A DNA stretch of 64,000 bases from Nemertoderma westbladi. Lineage: Eukaryota; Animalia; Xenacoelomorpha. A program made the translations under genes and the position numbers. Shown piece by piece: positions 22,030 to 35,227 of the stretch. How positions within the stretch are numbered: position 1 is the stretch's first letter; the number at the start of each line of letters is the position of its first letter. The notes beneath the pieces are model-generated. The model was not told the origin of the DNA, did not search any database, and saw only the letters and a program-made list of their open reading frames with translations. The stretch spans positions 27,981-91,980 of the forward strand of contig JAUCBJ010000295.1 of assembly GCA_032718475.1 (NCBI GenBank), in the 5' to 3' direction.

Positions 22030-23658
22030 ATCTGCTATCTGAGTTTATTAATATTGTAATGAGTTTATGTTTAGGCGAGCGGGCGTCGCTGCCTACCTCT
22101 CGTTGCCCCCGGACAGTGGGATTCTCAGCGCCGATGTACCGTTGTCGCGGTGTTTACGCCAACATGTAGCAACAGCACGACAACGACAACCGGCACAAGT
22201 CACTCCACTGTCCGTCCCAAAGGCTTGAATCCACTTTAGGTTCTTTCTATAGGAGAGTTGGGCTACTTTCACAATTGCGACTAGCTACTGTAAACATACT
22301 TTAGCAGTAACATTCACCTATAAACACACAAACTCCACACAACTGTCACTAATTGTACACATACAGGCCATTTGTCCGTTAGTCAGTGCCTTCCAGAATG
22401 TCACGTTATTACTGTATATCCTTGGATACTAACAGTGTGCTATGTGTTCTCTATGCTAGGCAAGGGGACAAGCTTTCTATTGTTCTTTTAACTTGCTTCT
22501 AATTCTAGCGTGGGTGTTGCTATGGTGACATTATGGAAAGCTAGCGGTAGAATTAGGGTAATTATCATGCATACAGATCTGGGATGCTATTTAATAGTAA
22601 TTCTTTAACTGTCAATATCCTCTTTATGCATGATTTTATTAATTTTATTGGCTATTGACTATATGTTGGAGATTCTCGCACTCTAATACACTCAATAGGA
22701 TGAATCTCCGCTCCCATGATCTATTAATTAATGGAATTTTGGGAATGTTATAAATTGCACAAAATGACAATTTATGAAATTCATTTAAGATATGAATTTA
22801 AATTTATTCCCGTGAATTTTATTATTTGATGGTAAAATTGACACAATTTTATTCCAGAGCATGTCTGGGGACATAGGATCCTTAATTCTATAAAATTGTC
22901 TTTTAAGAGTATCGGTAAGTGCTGCGATATCTTAATTGACTAGAAATTTTAAAGGATCTGAATTTTACAGATTTTAATAAATATTAAATTAATATTTAAG
23001 ATGGGCACCGATTTATTCCAGAACTTGTCTGGGGACGTTAACCACTGATTCTAGAATTTGTCTTTCAAGTATATCGGTGGATGCCGCGATATCTTAATCG
23101 ACTAGAATTACAGATGGTCAAAAGGTTTAACAGATTTATTTGCGTTTTACGCTACTGTTATAGGGACATCACGCTACTATATGTATTATTTAATATAAGG
23201 TAGAAGAGCAATATCGCACGAAGCAATGTCAGTGTGAAGAGGCAAGTCGTTTCCAAGGTCTACCCAGAGCTTGGTTTAGCCGAGACACGAGGATCTGAAC
23301 TTTGCATTCCTAATACTCTGCCTACCAATAATACTTGAATATAGTAGTGGCTTTATTGTACTTTAATAAGTACGGACATTTCATCTTACTGTAGTCACGT
23401 ATTTATAATATGATACGGACAGTAAGGAAAGAGAAAAATAATTATTTCTCGCCGTCGCACTAAATATATATTATAAGTAATTACGTACGTAATAAACACT
23501 AATATATTGCACTAATCTACTAAATAATCACTAAAATAACATTCTACTAAATAAAATTAAAGAAAACGATTATAATAAAATTACATAATAATACATACAT
23601 AAATATAAAATAAAAACAAATATAAAATGATATAGTCACACGCCCACTCCATATGTTA

Positions 23659-26600
23659 TTACGTTATGGAGTCCCTAGATATTTGTCGGATTAGGGAAGT
23701 GGTCGTAGGAAGAGTATCTTGCCTTCCATAGTTTCTGGACAGTTTTCGGTCTCTTTCCAGTAAACGTAAACGACCAGCTGGGCGATTGAGTTGTTGTATT
23801 ATTTTCTCCGCTCCATTGGCCTGTCTAATCTCCGCCGGGGTAAGATGAGGAGGCCATTCTTCTTCTTCTTTACTTAAGAAGTCGAATCCACCTAACCAGC
23901 CTGGAGTATCTATCAGTTCTTGAGGAGTTGCTCCTCTGGAAGCGATGTCGGCTGGATTAATCGTCCCAAGGCAATGTCTCCATTGATCTACATTGGAGTT
24001 AATATCGTCATTATCTGAGGAGTATGGTGTTCCCTCAGTTGGGTCGTCCACCTCACTGCTCTCCACTTCCCATTCCTTTACTTGGTATACCTGTTGTTGA
24101 GGTAATCTCTCTTTGAGAGTTCTACGGGAAGGGCCAGTGAAGTACCAACCTACTCTAGTTCTTACCGCATAGGTTTGTCGTGGCTGTGGTTGAGCAGGCC
24201 GTTTCTCCAATGTCTCTAGCGCCTCATGCGCGTTTTGGCCGATGAGTATTTGCACTCCAGGATAATCTGTGTGGAATCGAGGTATCTTAAGCTGCTGGAT
24301 GCTCTCGTCCTCGTCCCAGTTATAAGGTTCTACTTGGGTAGTAGCGAAGTTCTTTATAGCCACCATTTTTACGGACCTTATACTTTGTTCTCCTAATTTA
24401 TCCTGGGGGGTGGACAACACACCTACATAGTAATCTGCCGTTATGGTAGATTTCCAAACCTGCATAATTCCTGACATATTCAACTTAGTTTGGAATTTGG
24501 GTTGTCCAGCAAAGATGTCTTCGGCTAGTTCTTGATCGATGAATGTTCCTGTGCTGCCAGAGTCAAGGAGGGCGTTCACTATGTAACTTTTGTTAGGACC
24601 TTGAACTCTTACCTGCACTACAGGAAATTCTCTGATTCCTACGTTGGAAGTTGGAGGTTTCCAAGATGGTTGTCTGTCAAAGGTAGTTGGGTGGAACTCA
24701 TTGTCGGTGTCCGTTTCGTAAGTAAGTGCTCGATACACCGCGGTATTTATTAGGTAACAGGATTCGTTTTCGTCTGAGAATTCGTCCGTAAAGAATCCTT
24801 CCATTTCAGAACTTTGGTCGGAGAATTCGTCCGTATAGAATCCTTCCATCTCAGAACTTTGGTCAGTGTCGTTCACATCACTGAATTGGACATGTAGTTC
24901 GGGCTTACTTACCTGACTCGGGTAGTTTCGTTCGAATTCACTGTGTAACAAGATGTGATGTTTCACACCGCACTTTGCACACCTTACGTCGGAGTAACAG
25001 GTTCGCCGTTGGTGTCCTGGTCTGAGGCAATTATAGCATAACCGCTTATCCCACATGACTTCACGTCTGTCTACCAGGGATTTCTTTAGGAATTCAGCAC
25101 ACACACTCAAACGGTGGGGCCCGTCGCACAGCGCACATTTTGGTTTGATGTTACTCACTTTACCTTGGGTAACGTTATGCACTCTCGTTCTTTCTTCGGG
25201 CTTTCTTCCGTGAATTCTCTTAGGAGACGTAGGAGGAGTTGTTGTTACCTGTTCTCTCCTGTCACTGGTTCGAGACTTATATTTACTTACGTCTTTATAG
25301 GTCTTGTTGTCATAGTAAGATTTTGCTGTGTCTTTCCCGCTGTCCTCTTCTTGAGAAGCTTGGCTTTCGCCGTCGTCAGTGTAACACACTGGTGTTACCC
25401 TTCTCCTAGAAACGGGTTTCTCACTTACCTTATTTTCCGATGTTTTCTCTCTGGACTGCTTTATGAGTTGTAATTTTACTTCACTATCTAAGAAGGACAT
25501 GAGATCAGCCATGGTAGGGCCTCGTCGTTGCTGCTCATTCATATACAACACTTTCTTGTCCCAGCGTGTACATACTCCACCCTTTGGTAAAGTAGAGACT
25601 ACGGCTCCAATAACCATTGAACTCTGATATTCATGAGACTTACCTAACCAGTCCAATTGTCTATAGATCTCCTGAATCTCATCGGAAAACTCTATAATCC
25701 CGTTACTAAGGAACTTTCGGGGGGCTACTAATTTTGCATACAAATACTTAGCTATGTTATCCTTGTTACCATACCTGATGTTTAATGTGTCCCAAACTTG
25801 TCTTAATCCATCTGGATGTCCAATAAACTTTAACGCCATTAACTTGGGAGGTCCTTCCAAGCACTTGATGAGGAATCTAAGTTTCTCTCCGTTAGATAGT
25901 ACAGAGTTCTGTATGCTATCTTTGTAATATTCATTGAAAGGTAACCATTTCATCTCATCTCCATTGAATTTGACGATTTCTCCCACTTTGACCACTTGGC
26001 GGGCTTCTGTTCTCGCCATCTGACGCGTAAAGCTTTCTTGGGCCATCGTGTTATTTAATATCGAATTATCGGTATATAAATTTCTCGGATTATTATCAGG
26101 TCTATAGGGAATATCATTAACAACAGGTTTATAATCACCCTTAACAGGGTTTGCTATAGGAGTTTCCACTTCACTATCAGTATAGATGCGTGTAGGCTCC
26201 ACACCTTGCGCATGTAATACTTCAGACCTAACAGGTTGACACATAGTTACAGGGGGTACCGGTATTGGGATACCCTTTTGTATATTGACCAATTTGTTGC
26301 GTTCCAGCGCGATACTTTGCTGCACTTCTTGCAATTCTACCCTACTTTCCCTTAATGTTCCCTTGAGTTGGTGGACAGTCTCCTGCATCTGTCCGAGCAG
26401 GAGATTCATCCCCCGCCGTCCCTCCTCTACCCACTCGACCGCCGAAGCGGGAGTCGCCAACATTGTAGCGGGCAGACGCGGGACGACGGGAGACAAATCT
26501 TTGATTTCTCTCTCAGCTTCCAGGACAGGGATATTCTCATGGACTGTTCTACTGGGTACAGGCAGTGTAGTACTGTGTAACGGGAATTTCGAGTTTGTTT

Positions 26601-27843
26601 CAGGGAGTACAGGTGTCTCTAGCACCGAAGGGGTGGCTTCGAGAACAGGCCTAATTATTTCAGGCTCATCTGTTATAGTAGGGAGTCTGTTGACGGTAAT
26701 AATTTGGTCTGTGGGTTCTGTACTACCTACAGTTGTGCTAGCTAATTGTCTTCTAACAGCTGGGGGCAAATCAGGCAATTTATGACGGTGAGATGTTCTT
26801 CTACGCCTACTGAGACGAGATCTATTTCCTCCGCCTTCAGGATCGGTGGTATCACCTTCCTCCGATGATGTATAGCCTTGGCGTTTGGGAGTAGATCGAC
26901 TCATCATCTGCATTTGACTAGCAGTTAACTGTTTATTTATGCAGTCTTGCGTCTCTTGCAGATTTTCTAACTCCATTTGGGTGGCCTCTTCAGACGCTTT
27001 CCGTTCTGCTTCTGCCACTGCTTCTGCCATCTTTCTATCTGCTTCGGCCGCTGCCATTGCTACTGCTGCCTTTCTATGTGCTTCAGCCCTTGCTTCTGCC
27101 GCCTTTCTGTCTGCTCTAGCCATTGCTTCTGCCGCCTTTACTGCTGCTGCCTTTCTGTCTTCGACTAGTTTTCTCTTCACTTGTTCTTCTTGGACTCTTG
27201 TGATGCGGAGTTGTTCATCAAATTTAGCTTGATTCGCAGCTAACATTTCCGCATCGATTGCGTCCAACACAAGCTTGGTTCCTTCACTATTAGGGCGAAG
27301 TCCAGACAGTCGTCTCCTCAACTCTTTGTCTCCTATGAATCGCTGATAGTCTGACAGATAAATATCAATAGCGTCTCTCTTCCGTGGCCTCTCTGCTGCT
27401 GTTAATTCGCTTTCCACTTCGCTTTCCACTTGAGAAGAAGTGGCGTCGGTTGATTCTTCATAGGTTGGCCACTCATCATAAACCGTATCTGCCATCTTCG
27501 CTCCGTGTTCGGGCGTCCGCTCAACAGTATCCGAACGACTGGAGCTATCGGGCCGCTGAGAACTAGGTTCTTGGCTAGGAGGTTGCTGCTGTTTGATAGC
27601 TGCTTCTTGATCCCGCTTGACTTGGGCCCGAGTGCCAATGATAGACCTACGGTGTTCTACTAGCCTAGGGTCTGACACTACTACTGTAGGGATGGCCTTT
27701 CTTACAATAGTAGGTGACTTAGACTTGGATCTAGGATGTTCTATACTTGGATCTGGGTCACTGATCTTTTTAAGACACTGTCTAACAGTCATTCTAACAC
27801 TTTCTAAGAGACTATCCGACAGTGATTGGGTTGTGTCTGACAT
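23659..27843 (-). CDS. BEL/Pao Gag-protease polyprotein (1394 aa) with only short Pol remnants
   Basis: IVKFNGDEMKW (DUF1759-like), CALCDGPHRLSVC/CYNCLRPGHQRRTC/CAKCGVKHHILLH, LLDSGS, then directly QWRHC..NPADIASRG; no YxDD or DDE. Confidence 0.93.
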   Translation of the reverse strand: MSDTTQSLSDSLLESVRMTVRQCLKKISDPDPSIEHPRSKSKSPTIVRKAIPTVVVSDPRLVEHRRSIIGTRAQVKRDQEAAIKQQQPPSQEPSSQRPDSSSRSDTVERTPEHGAKMADTVYDEWPTYEESTDATSSQVESEVESELTAAERPRKRDAIDIYLSDYQRFIGDKELRRRLSGLRPNSEGTKLVLDAIDAEMLAANQAKFDEQLRITRVQEEQVKRKLVEDRKAAAVKAAEAMARADRKAAEARAEAHRKAAVAMAAAEADRKMAEAVAEAERKASEEATQMELENLQETQDCINKQLTASQMQMMSRSTPKRQGYTSSEEGDTTDPEGGGNRSRLSRRRRTSHRHKLPDLPPAVRRQLASTTVGSTEPTDQIITVNRLPTITDEPEIIRPVLEATPSVLETPVLPETNSKFPLHSTTLPVPSRTVHENIPVLEAEREIKDLSPVVPRLPATMLATPASAVEWVEEGRRGMNLLLGQMQETVHQLKGTLRESRVELQEVQQSIALERNKLVNIQKGIPIPVPPVTMCQPVRSEVLHAQGVEPTRIYTDSEVETPIANPVKGDYKPVVNDIPYRPDNNPRNLYTDNSILNNTMAQESFTRQMARTEARQVVKVGEIVKFNGDEMKWLPFNEYYKDSIQNSVLSNGEKLRFLIKCLEGPPKLMALKFIGHPDGLRQVWDTLNIRYGNKDNIAKYLYAKLVAPRKFLSNGIIEFSDEIQEIYRQLDWLGKSHEYQSSMVIGAVVSTLPKGGVCTRWDKKVLYMNEQQRRGPTMADLMSFLDSEVKLQLIKQSREKTSENKVSEKPVSRRRVTPVCYTDDGESQASQEEDSGKDTAKSYYDNKTYKDVSKYKSRTSDRREQVTTTPPTSPKRIHGRKPEERTRVHNVTQGKVSNIKPKCALCDGPHRLSVCAEFLKKSLVDRREVMWDKRLCYNCLRPGHQRRTCYSDVRCAKCGVKHHILLHSEFERNYPSQVSKPELHVQFSDVNDTDQSSEMEGFYTDEFSDQSSEMEGFFTDEFSDENESCYLINTAVYRALTYETDTDNEFHPTTFDRQPSWKPPTSNVGIREFPVVQVRVQGPNKSYIVNALLDSGSTGTFIDQELAEDIFAGQPKFQTKLNMSGIMQVWKSTITADYYVGVLSTPQDKLGEQSIRSVKMVAIKNFATTQVEPYNWDEDESIQQLKIPRFHTDYPGVQILIGQNAHEALETLEKRPAQPQPRQTYAVRTRVGWYFTGPSRRTLKERLPQQQVYQVKEWEVESSEVDDPTEGTPYSSDNDDINSNVDQWRHCLGTINPADIASRGATPQELIDTPGWLGGFDFLSKEEEEWPPHLTPAEIRQANGAEKIIQQLNRPAGRLRLLERDRKLSRNYGRQDTLPTTTSLIRQISRDSIT

Positions 27844-29898
27844 ATTTGTTTACACAGTTGAATGCCTACGGCTATAAATACAGTTAAAGTAAGTCTAGTA
27901 ATTCAGTATCACTGTTAGCCTAATAATTAATTACCGATACTGCTACTCAGTGTAGCGTGATATATATATAATATATTAGAATACCGGTATGCTTATAGTA
28001 TATATATAAGTATTATTACAGACTAGATTTATCACAGAATACCGGTATATAATTTTAGCACAAATATATATAAATATATAATAGGCCTATCGTGAATACC
28101 GGTATACAGCTGACACTTATAGTATATATAAGTATAATTATTACAGACTAGAATTAATTACAGAATACCGGTATGATTTCAGCCTAAATTTATAGAATAA
28201 ATATAATAAGCCTATTGTAAATACCGGTATATCAATTATTTATAGAATAATTGAATTTCTGAATTTTAGGGGTTACTTGGTTACTTTACTTACTTTATTA
28301 CCGTTATTTGAGCAGCAGTCCAACTGATATTAAGACCTAAGTGTTGTATAACAGGCCTACTATTTTATTAATAGATTTAGTGGATTTATATGTACCTGTA
28401 TGAGGGGTTTTGTTACAATATTGAAATAGATGTTACTATTTCTGGGAAGTAATCACTACACAAAAGCTGTGCGCTCTCAGTGAAGTGCTACTTATTAGAC
28501 ACTAAAACAGATAATTCTACTGGCCTAAGTTACTTATCTACGACTTACGTACAATACGGGTGAGATTACAATCTCTAACTAAACACAACAACAGAAATTT
28601 ATCACGTACGAATTTTTAGGGTTAATTTTACAGGGAAACTACAAACCAGTCTAACAAAGGGTTAGAAATCTGGTTATTACAAACGGACAGGATACTACGG
28701 TATTTGAAAATAATAAGTAGTAGTAAATATATTGCACTGTCCAGATAGGAAAATACCACCGTCTGACGACCTATAGCCGTATCGCTATAGGTACTACGTT
28801 ATGTATCACGGAGTGTTCCTACCTGGAAGTTAATTACCGCGGACTACCAGATCCAACGTGCCTATTAACCACTTTACAACACAAATATACTGCCTACACA
28901 CTAATTACCTTCGGAAAGCACTGTACACTAAACCCTAAATTAGGTATAAGTACTGGTACAACAAATAATCAGTAGTTAGAATATACTTGAACAGTTAAAA
29001 GAACCACGGCATCTGCTGGAGTGACCGGAGCACAAAGTCACCAGTCTTTACCTACGCCAAGCAGCCCGTGTAGTACCGGGGTTAATTTAACTATAACGGT
29101 ATGTGTAACAAGCACAATTACTGTAGGAATAAACTTGGGGACATGAATGTTGCGAATAATCGCATAAACTCTGAATAATAAATATTACGCTACCCGTACA
29201 GAATACTCAAACAAAATACAAACCAAACGCTGGCAGACTACCACCAAGCCTAAATAAACTACTTCTAACACGGTAGTACGACTTATTCTTTAAGAGGGGA
29301 TTGACCTTACAGCTATGGCTGCCCCAACTTACTAACTGGCACTTTATCGGACAAACTCTACACACGCAGCAATCTCTTCAGACCTAATAATAGCTAGACA
29401 ACAATCCGGCCTACAAAATATCCGAGTAATAACTATTACGGTACCTGAACAGACCACACAAACAAACACAGGCTAAAACGCTGGCAGACTACGATCAAGC
29501 CTAAATAAACTACAGTATATGCAGATTCCAAAATGGTTAGTTAGTATGCGTTCTAACACAGTAGTACAACTTATTCTTTAGGAGGGGGTTGACCTTACAC
29601 TCAAGTTGCCCCAACTTACTAACTGGCACTTTATTGGACAGACTCTACACACGCCGCAATCTCTCCAGACTCAACAAAAGTCAGACAGCAGTCAAGCCTA
29701 CAATTATCTGTACAATCTGAACTGACTTACACGTCTTCTGCTCAATATTAACTACTAGTAAATAAAACTGACAGAAATAAGTAAAATCTCAATAAAAAAC
29801 CAGGGCTGCAGTCCCCGATTAAGTACCAAGACCTACCGGTATATAATAATCAAAATCGAATAATACTAATGTACTTACACTGGAAGTACCGGTTAGGA

Positions 29899-30050
29899 CA
29901 GTTGGGCCTACAGACCTACAGCAGTACCGGTTCAGGCAGTTGGGCCTACAGACCTACAGCAGTACCGGTTCAGGCAGTTGGGCCTACAGACCTACAGCAG
30001 TACCGGTTCAGGCAGTTGGGCCTACAGACCTACAGCAGTACCGGTTCAGG
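29899..30050. repeat. 38-bp tandem repeat x4 in the 5' leader of element 2
   Basis: Unit cagttgggcctacagacctacagcagtaccggttcagg. Confidence 0.9.
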
Positions 30051-30114
30051 TTTACCGGTCGACCGGTACTTTCAACTTTATTGCTTACTGCAATAAAGAA
30101 GCAATAACTGTTAT

Positions 30115-31315
30115 TGTACGCGCTTTTGAAGACCTTTAGCAGTTTAACCTGCCAAAATTTATATGTCTTTGGTTTATGTTCAGACTTTAGAAGATGACAA
30201 ATATTTAATGCCAATAAACACAACATTAGCCGAAGCCAGCCTAGTGCGCGTCCATTCACCCGCTGGATATTCCCGGGAGACTGGGTTCGGATGGGGCTTA
30301 GTTTTTGTTATTGCAGTGAAGCCTACTGTATTATTCGATTGATCGTTAATAAATAATTTCTGACAAATATTATTCACTTTCGGGAAATATTAACAGTTCC
30401 TTTAGGACGTGGCGCTCTACCCAAGTAAACAGAGTTATGACTTATACTACACGCAACGGTAAGGCTTATAATTCACGTATAAGGCGCATTCTTTAGGAAA
30501 TGCTTTGTTATCGGTCACAATCATGCACACTACCGGTACCGCACAATACTGCACACTAATCTGCCGACCGTCAATGAATTTGATCACACATAAAGAGAAC
30601 AGCAATTGACCTATGTAGTGTCTATCAAATAGCATTAGGTTCACTACAAACCACGATAACATAAGTCGCAATTGTTATATATATAGCCTGTCTCTCTAAC
30701 CTGTAGTGTATCAAGAAAATTGGGAAATTTGGGTTCTTTATAGATGTTCTCCAAATAATAATATTCAACCAACTGATAAACACAACAGTAAATAGCATTA
30801 AGACGGTAGGTTAAGATATAATATGATTAGACTGTATGCTGATTGGGTCGATAACAGTTATACGTTCTATAATCTAAGCCTACTAATGTTTTACTAAAAG
30901 TCTGAAACAAGTCATTCCAAAAGCCGATGTTCTGGCGTAGGAGGAATAACAACACACACTGTCCTCTGTCCCTGTTGCAGGTATCTTTTACACAGAGAGG
31001 AATAGCTCTCATTGGCAGAACACCAGAATCCACAGGTTCCACGAATGTCTAAATGCCGAACTATCAGGATTTTGGCATCCCTTGGCCAGCACACAAAATG
31101 AGTCACTCCGCTCGGTTGTCCTGGTTGCATACTCTGCTGCTATAGCTCTGGTTGGCCGATAGGACATAGCAAAGAGCCCCTCGTACAGCAAATCAGCCAA
31201 TCAGCCGGTCGCTTGTATCATTCGAGTTAGTGAGCCTTTTAGAGTATTCCAGCGCCTGGGGGGAAACTGGATTGCAAAGCAAAAGGGCCAGTTATATCCC
31301 ACAGAAGCTTTTACA
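30115..31315 (-). repeat. 5' LTR of element 2
   Basis: Direct repeat of 19144-20344 with TG...CA ends. Confidence 0.95.
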
Positions 31316-32221
31316 GAGAGTGCGGTGAGAAGAAGTAGACGAAGCCAAGATGATGTTCCAAAGTTAACATCTCGCCGTCCCCCAATTCTAGAATCCGATA
31401 CGGATTTTAGAAAGTTTAGGGAATGGCGGAATAATTACCATTTGAAGCGTAGCTGATCAAACATATGTATGGTGTGCAGTATTATGTTAAAAGTCATTTA
31501 TCTACGAGAAATTAGCTTTGGATTTATTAATTATTTAATTACTTTTTCAACAAGTCAAGGCAACCATTACCACGAATGGAAGATAAATTTCGAAAATTTA
31601 CAAGCTAAAAAAAATATTTTTTTTTCTATTTTTGATGTTTAATAGAAGGGCTTCATGTTGTGACATCGGTTTTCACCATCGAGTATTTTTTTCACCACAA
31701 AACAGCACTTTTTCAAAATTTTAAATTTTTGAGGATGTGTTTTACTTTTTTAATATAAAAAATTATTTAAATTCCTTTGAAAATTTTCAATATTTTTATC
31801 GATAAAATATAAAATATGAAAAATTAAAAAAAATACCCCAGGGAAGGGTAAAGTCCAAAAATGATGCTTATAATATTTGTTGTGTAAACAAGAACAGTAG
31901 GCCTACTTTTTATGGCTGATATTCATGACTCTGTAAAAAACAACCTTTTTCTCAGTTTGTTGATTTAAACATTTTTCATCACTAAAATTCCTAATGGTTT
32001 TTTATTTTTCACTATATTTTCATCAAACAGGTACCAGAATGTTCGGCAACTTTAGGGCTACAATCGTCAATATCGGTTTTGTAAAACATGGCCAATTGGA
32101 TGTTCGAGGATCGATTTTGTCTATCTCAAAATATTTAATCCCCGAAATATCGCCAACATACCAAAACCCAGATTAATTTTTCAAAAGCAATAAATTTATA
32201 TCGAAATTACCATAGAAGAAT

Positions 32222-34645
32222 AGAAGAGAACCTACGTATCTACAGTACAGTAGGTCCATCCATTTGGCAAACACTTAGACAGATAACTTCAACCCAGGTA
32301 GAAGATAACCTACGTATCTACAGTACAGTAGGTCCATCCATTGGGCAAACACTTAGACAGATAACGTCAACCCAGGTAGAAGATAACCTACGTATCTACA
32401 GTACAGTAGGTCCATCCATTGTGCAAACACTTAGACAGATAACTTCGACCGGGTAGAAGATAACCTACGTATCTACAGTACAGTAGGTCCATCCATTGGG
32501 CAAACACTTAGACAGATAACTTCAACCCGGGTAGAAGATAACCTACGTATCTACAGTACAGTAGGTCCATCCATTTGGCAAACACTTAGACAGATAACTT
32601 CAACCCAGGTAGAAGATAACCTACGTATCTACAGTACAGTAGGTCCATCCATTGGGCAAACACTTAGACAGATAACTTCAACCCAGGTAGAAGATAACCT
32701 ACGTATCTACAGTACAGTAGGTCCATCCATTGTGCAAACACTTAGACAGATAACTTCAACCCAGGTAGAAGATAACCTACGTATCTACAGTACAGTAGGT
32801 CCATCCATTGGGCAAACACTTAGACAGATAACTTCAACCCAGGTAGAAGATAACCTACGTATCTACAGTACAGTAGGTCCATCCATTGTGCAAACACTTA
32901 GACAGATAACTTCAACCCAGGTAGAAGATAACCTACGTATCTACAGTACAGTAGGTCCATCCATTGTGCAAACACTTAGACAGATAACTTCAACCCAGGT
33001 AGAAGATACCCTACGTATCTACAGTACAGTAGGTCCATCCATTGTGCAAACACTTAGACAGATAACTTCAACCCAGGTAGAAGATAACCTACGTATCTAC
33101 AGTACAGTAGGTCCATCCATTGGGCAAACACTTAGACAGATAACTTCAACCCAGGTAGAAGATAACCAACGTATCTACAGTACAGTAGGTCCATCCATTG
33201 TGCAAACACTTAGACAGATAACTTCAACCCAGGTAGAAGATAACCTACGTATCTACAGTACAGTAGGTCCATCCATTGGGCAAACACTTAGACAGATAAC
33301 TTCAACTCAGGTAGAAGATAACCTACGTATCTACAGTACAGTAGGTCCATCCATTGGGCAAACACTTAGACAGATAACTTCAACCCAGGTAGAAGATAAC
33401 CAACGTATCTACAGTACAGTAGGTCCATCCATTGTGCAAACACTTAGACAGATAACTTCAACCCAGGTAGAAGATAACCTACGTATCTACAGTACAGTAG
33501 ATCCATGCATTGGGCAAACACTTAGACAGATAACTTCAACCCAGGTAGAAGATAACCTACGTATCTACAGTACAGTAGGTCCATCCATTGGGCAAACACT
33601 TAGACAGATAACTTCAACCCAGGTAGAAGATACCCTACGTATCTACAGTACAGTAGGTCCATCCATTGTGCAAACACTTAGACAGATAACTTCAACCCAG
33701 GTAGAAGATAACCTACGTATCTACAGTACAGTAGATCCATGCATTGGGCAAACACTTAGACAGATAACTTCAACCCAGGTAGAAGATAACCTACGTATCT
33801 ACAGTACAGTAGGTCCATCCATTGGGCAAACACTTAGACAGATAACTTCAACCCAGGTAGAAGATAACCTACGTATCTACAGTACAGTAGGTCCATCCAT
33901 TGGGCAAACACTTAGACAGATAACTTCAACCCAGGTAGAAGATAACCAACGTATCTACAGTACAGTAGGTCCATCCATTGTGCAAACACTTAGACAGATA
34001 ACTTCAACCCAGGTAGAAGATAACCTACGTATCTACAGTACAGTAGGTCCATCCATTGGGCAAACACTTAGACAGATAACTTCAACTCAGGTAGAAGATA
34101 ACCTACGTATCTACAGTACAGTAGGTCCATCCATTGGGCAAACACTTAGACAGATAACTTCAACCCAGGTAGAAGATAACCAACGTATCTACAGTACAGT
34201 AGGTCCATCCATTGTGCAAACACTTAGACAGATAATTTCAACCCAGGTAGAAGATAACCTACGTATCTACAGTACAGTAGGTCCATCCATTGGGCAAACA
34301 CTTAGACAGATAACTTCAACCCGGGTAGAAGATACCCTACGTATCTACAGTACAGTAGGTCCATCCATTGTGCAAACACTTAGACAGATAACTTCAACCC
34401 AGGTAGAAGATAACCTACGTATCTACAGTACAGTAGGTCCATCCATTGTGCAAACACTTAGACAGATAACTTCAACCCAGGTAGAAGATAACCTACGTAT
34501 CTACAGTACAGTAGGTCCATACATTTGGCAAACACTTAGACAGATAACTTCAACCCAGGTAGAAGATAACCTACGTATCTACAGTACAGTAGATCCATGC
34601 ATTGGGCAAACACTTAGACAGATAACTTCAACCCAGGTAGAAGAT
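32222..34645. repeat. 78-bp minisatellite, ~31 copies
   Basis: Unit gataacctacgtatctacagtacagtaggtccatccattgggcaaacacttagacagataacttcaacccaggtagaa. Confidence 0.97.
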
Positions 34646-34747
34646 ACATTTATTTATACAATGTAAAAACAATAACAAATAAAAACAATGTATATAGGTA
34701 TATTGTCCAAAATAACATTTAGGATTACCCCTAAAGCTTTCCAGCTT
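34645..34747 (-). mobile_element. Diverged 3' end of the same L2/Crack LINE, inverted
   Basis: Reverse complement aagctggaaagctttaggggtaatcc...gtataaataaat matches 50142-50250. Confidence 0.7.
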
Positions 34748-35227
34748 GGTGTTTGCAGCTTTGCAGGTGGTATAGTATTACTGATCCTTATTCATGAGGT
34801 ATTTTACAAATAAATAAACGCTTCTAAATGTATACAAAATTTGAAAAAGCCCAGTTCCACAACAAGTGCTATATTTTTTGAACAAAAGGGTTTACGATAA
34901 GCTATCCATACTCAGTTTTCATAATAAAAGATCATAGATAATTGCGTTAAAATTGCATTGAGGCGGCGGCATCTTTGTTTCTCTAAGGAAGGCTTACCAC
35001 CGGTATGCATTAATAATATTATATTTCTGCTTATCTCTTATGATGTAATTTAGTTACTGAATGCAAACCGAACGTTAATGAAGCGTTTATATGAAGGCAA
35101 ACCATAGGTTTTATGCAATTATTACAGGAGGCCTGCCTACATTGTTAATTAAAGTTCTTTCACTGCACAATTGTATTACAAATAAATTATAAACATAACT
35201 ATATCTGAAGTTAAACAAACAAGAATA

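Larger units (their letters stand above)
19144..31315 (-). mobile_element. Non-autonomous BEL/Pao LTR element 2 (Gag-PR only)
   Basis: Two 1201-bp TG...CA LTRs with about 4 visible mismatches; internal Gag-PR ORF; no RT or IN; no TSD (GACCT vs GAGAG). Confidence 0.93.

Noticed and set aside
32732-34666. 644-aa repetitive ORF as a protein gene
   Set aside because: It is the translation of a 78-bp satellite whose unit is a multiple of 3; it has a non-ATG start and upstream units are frameshifted
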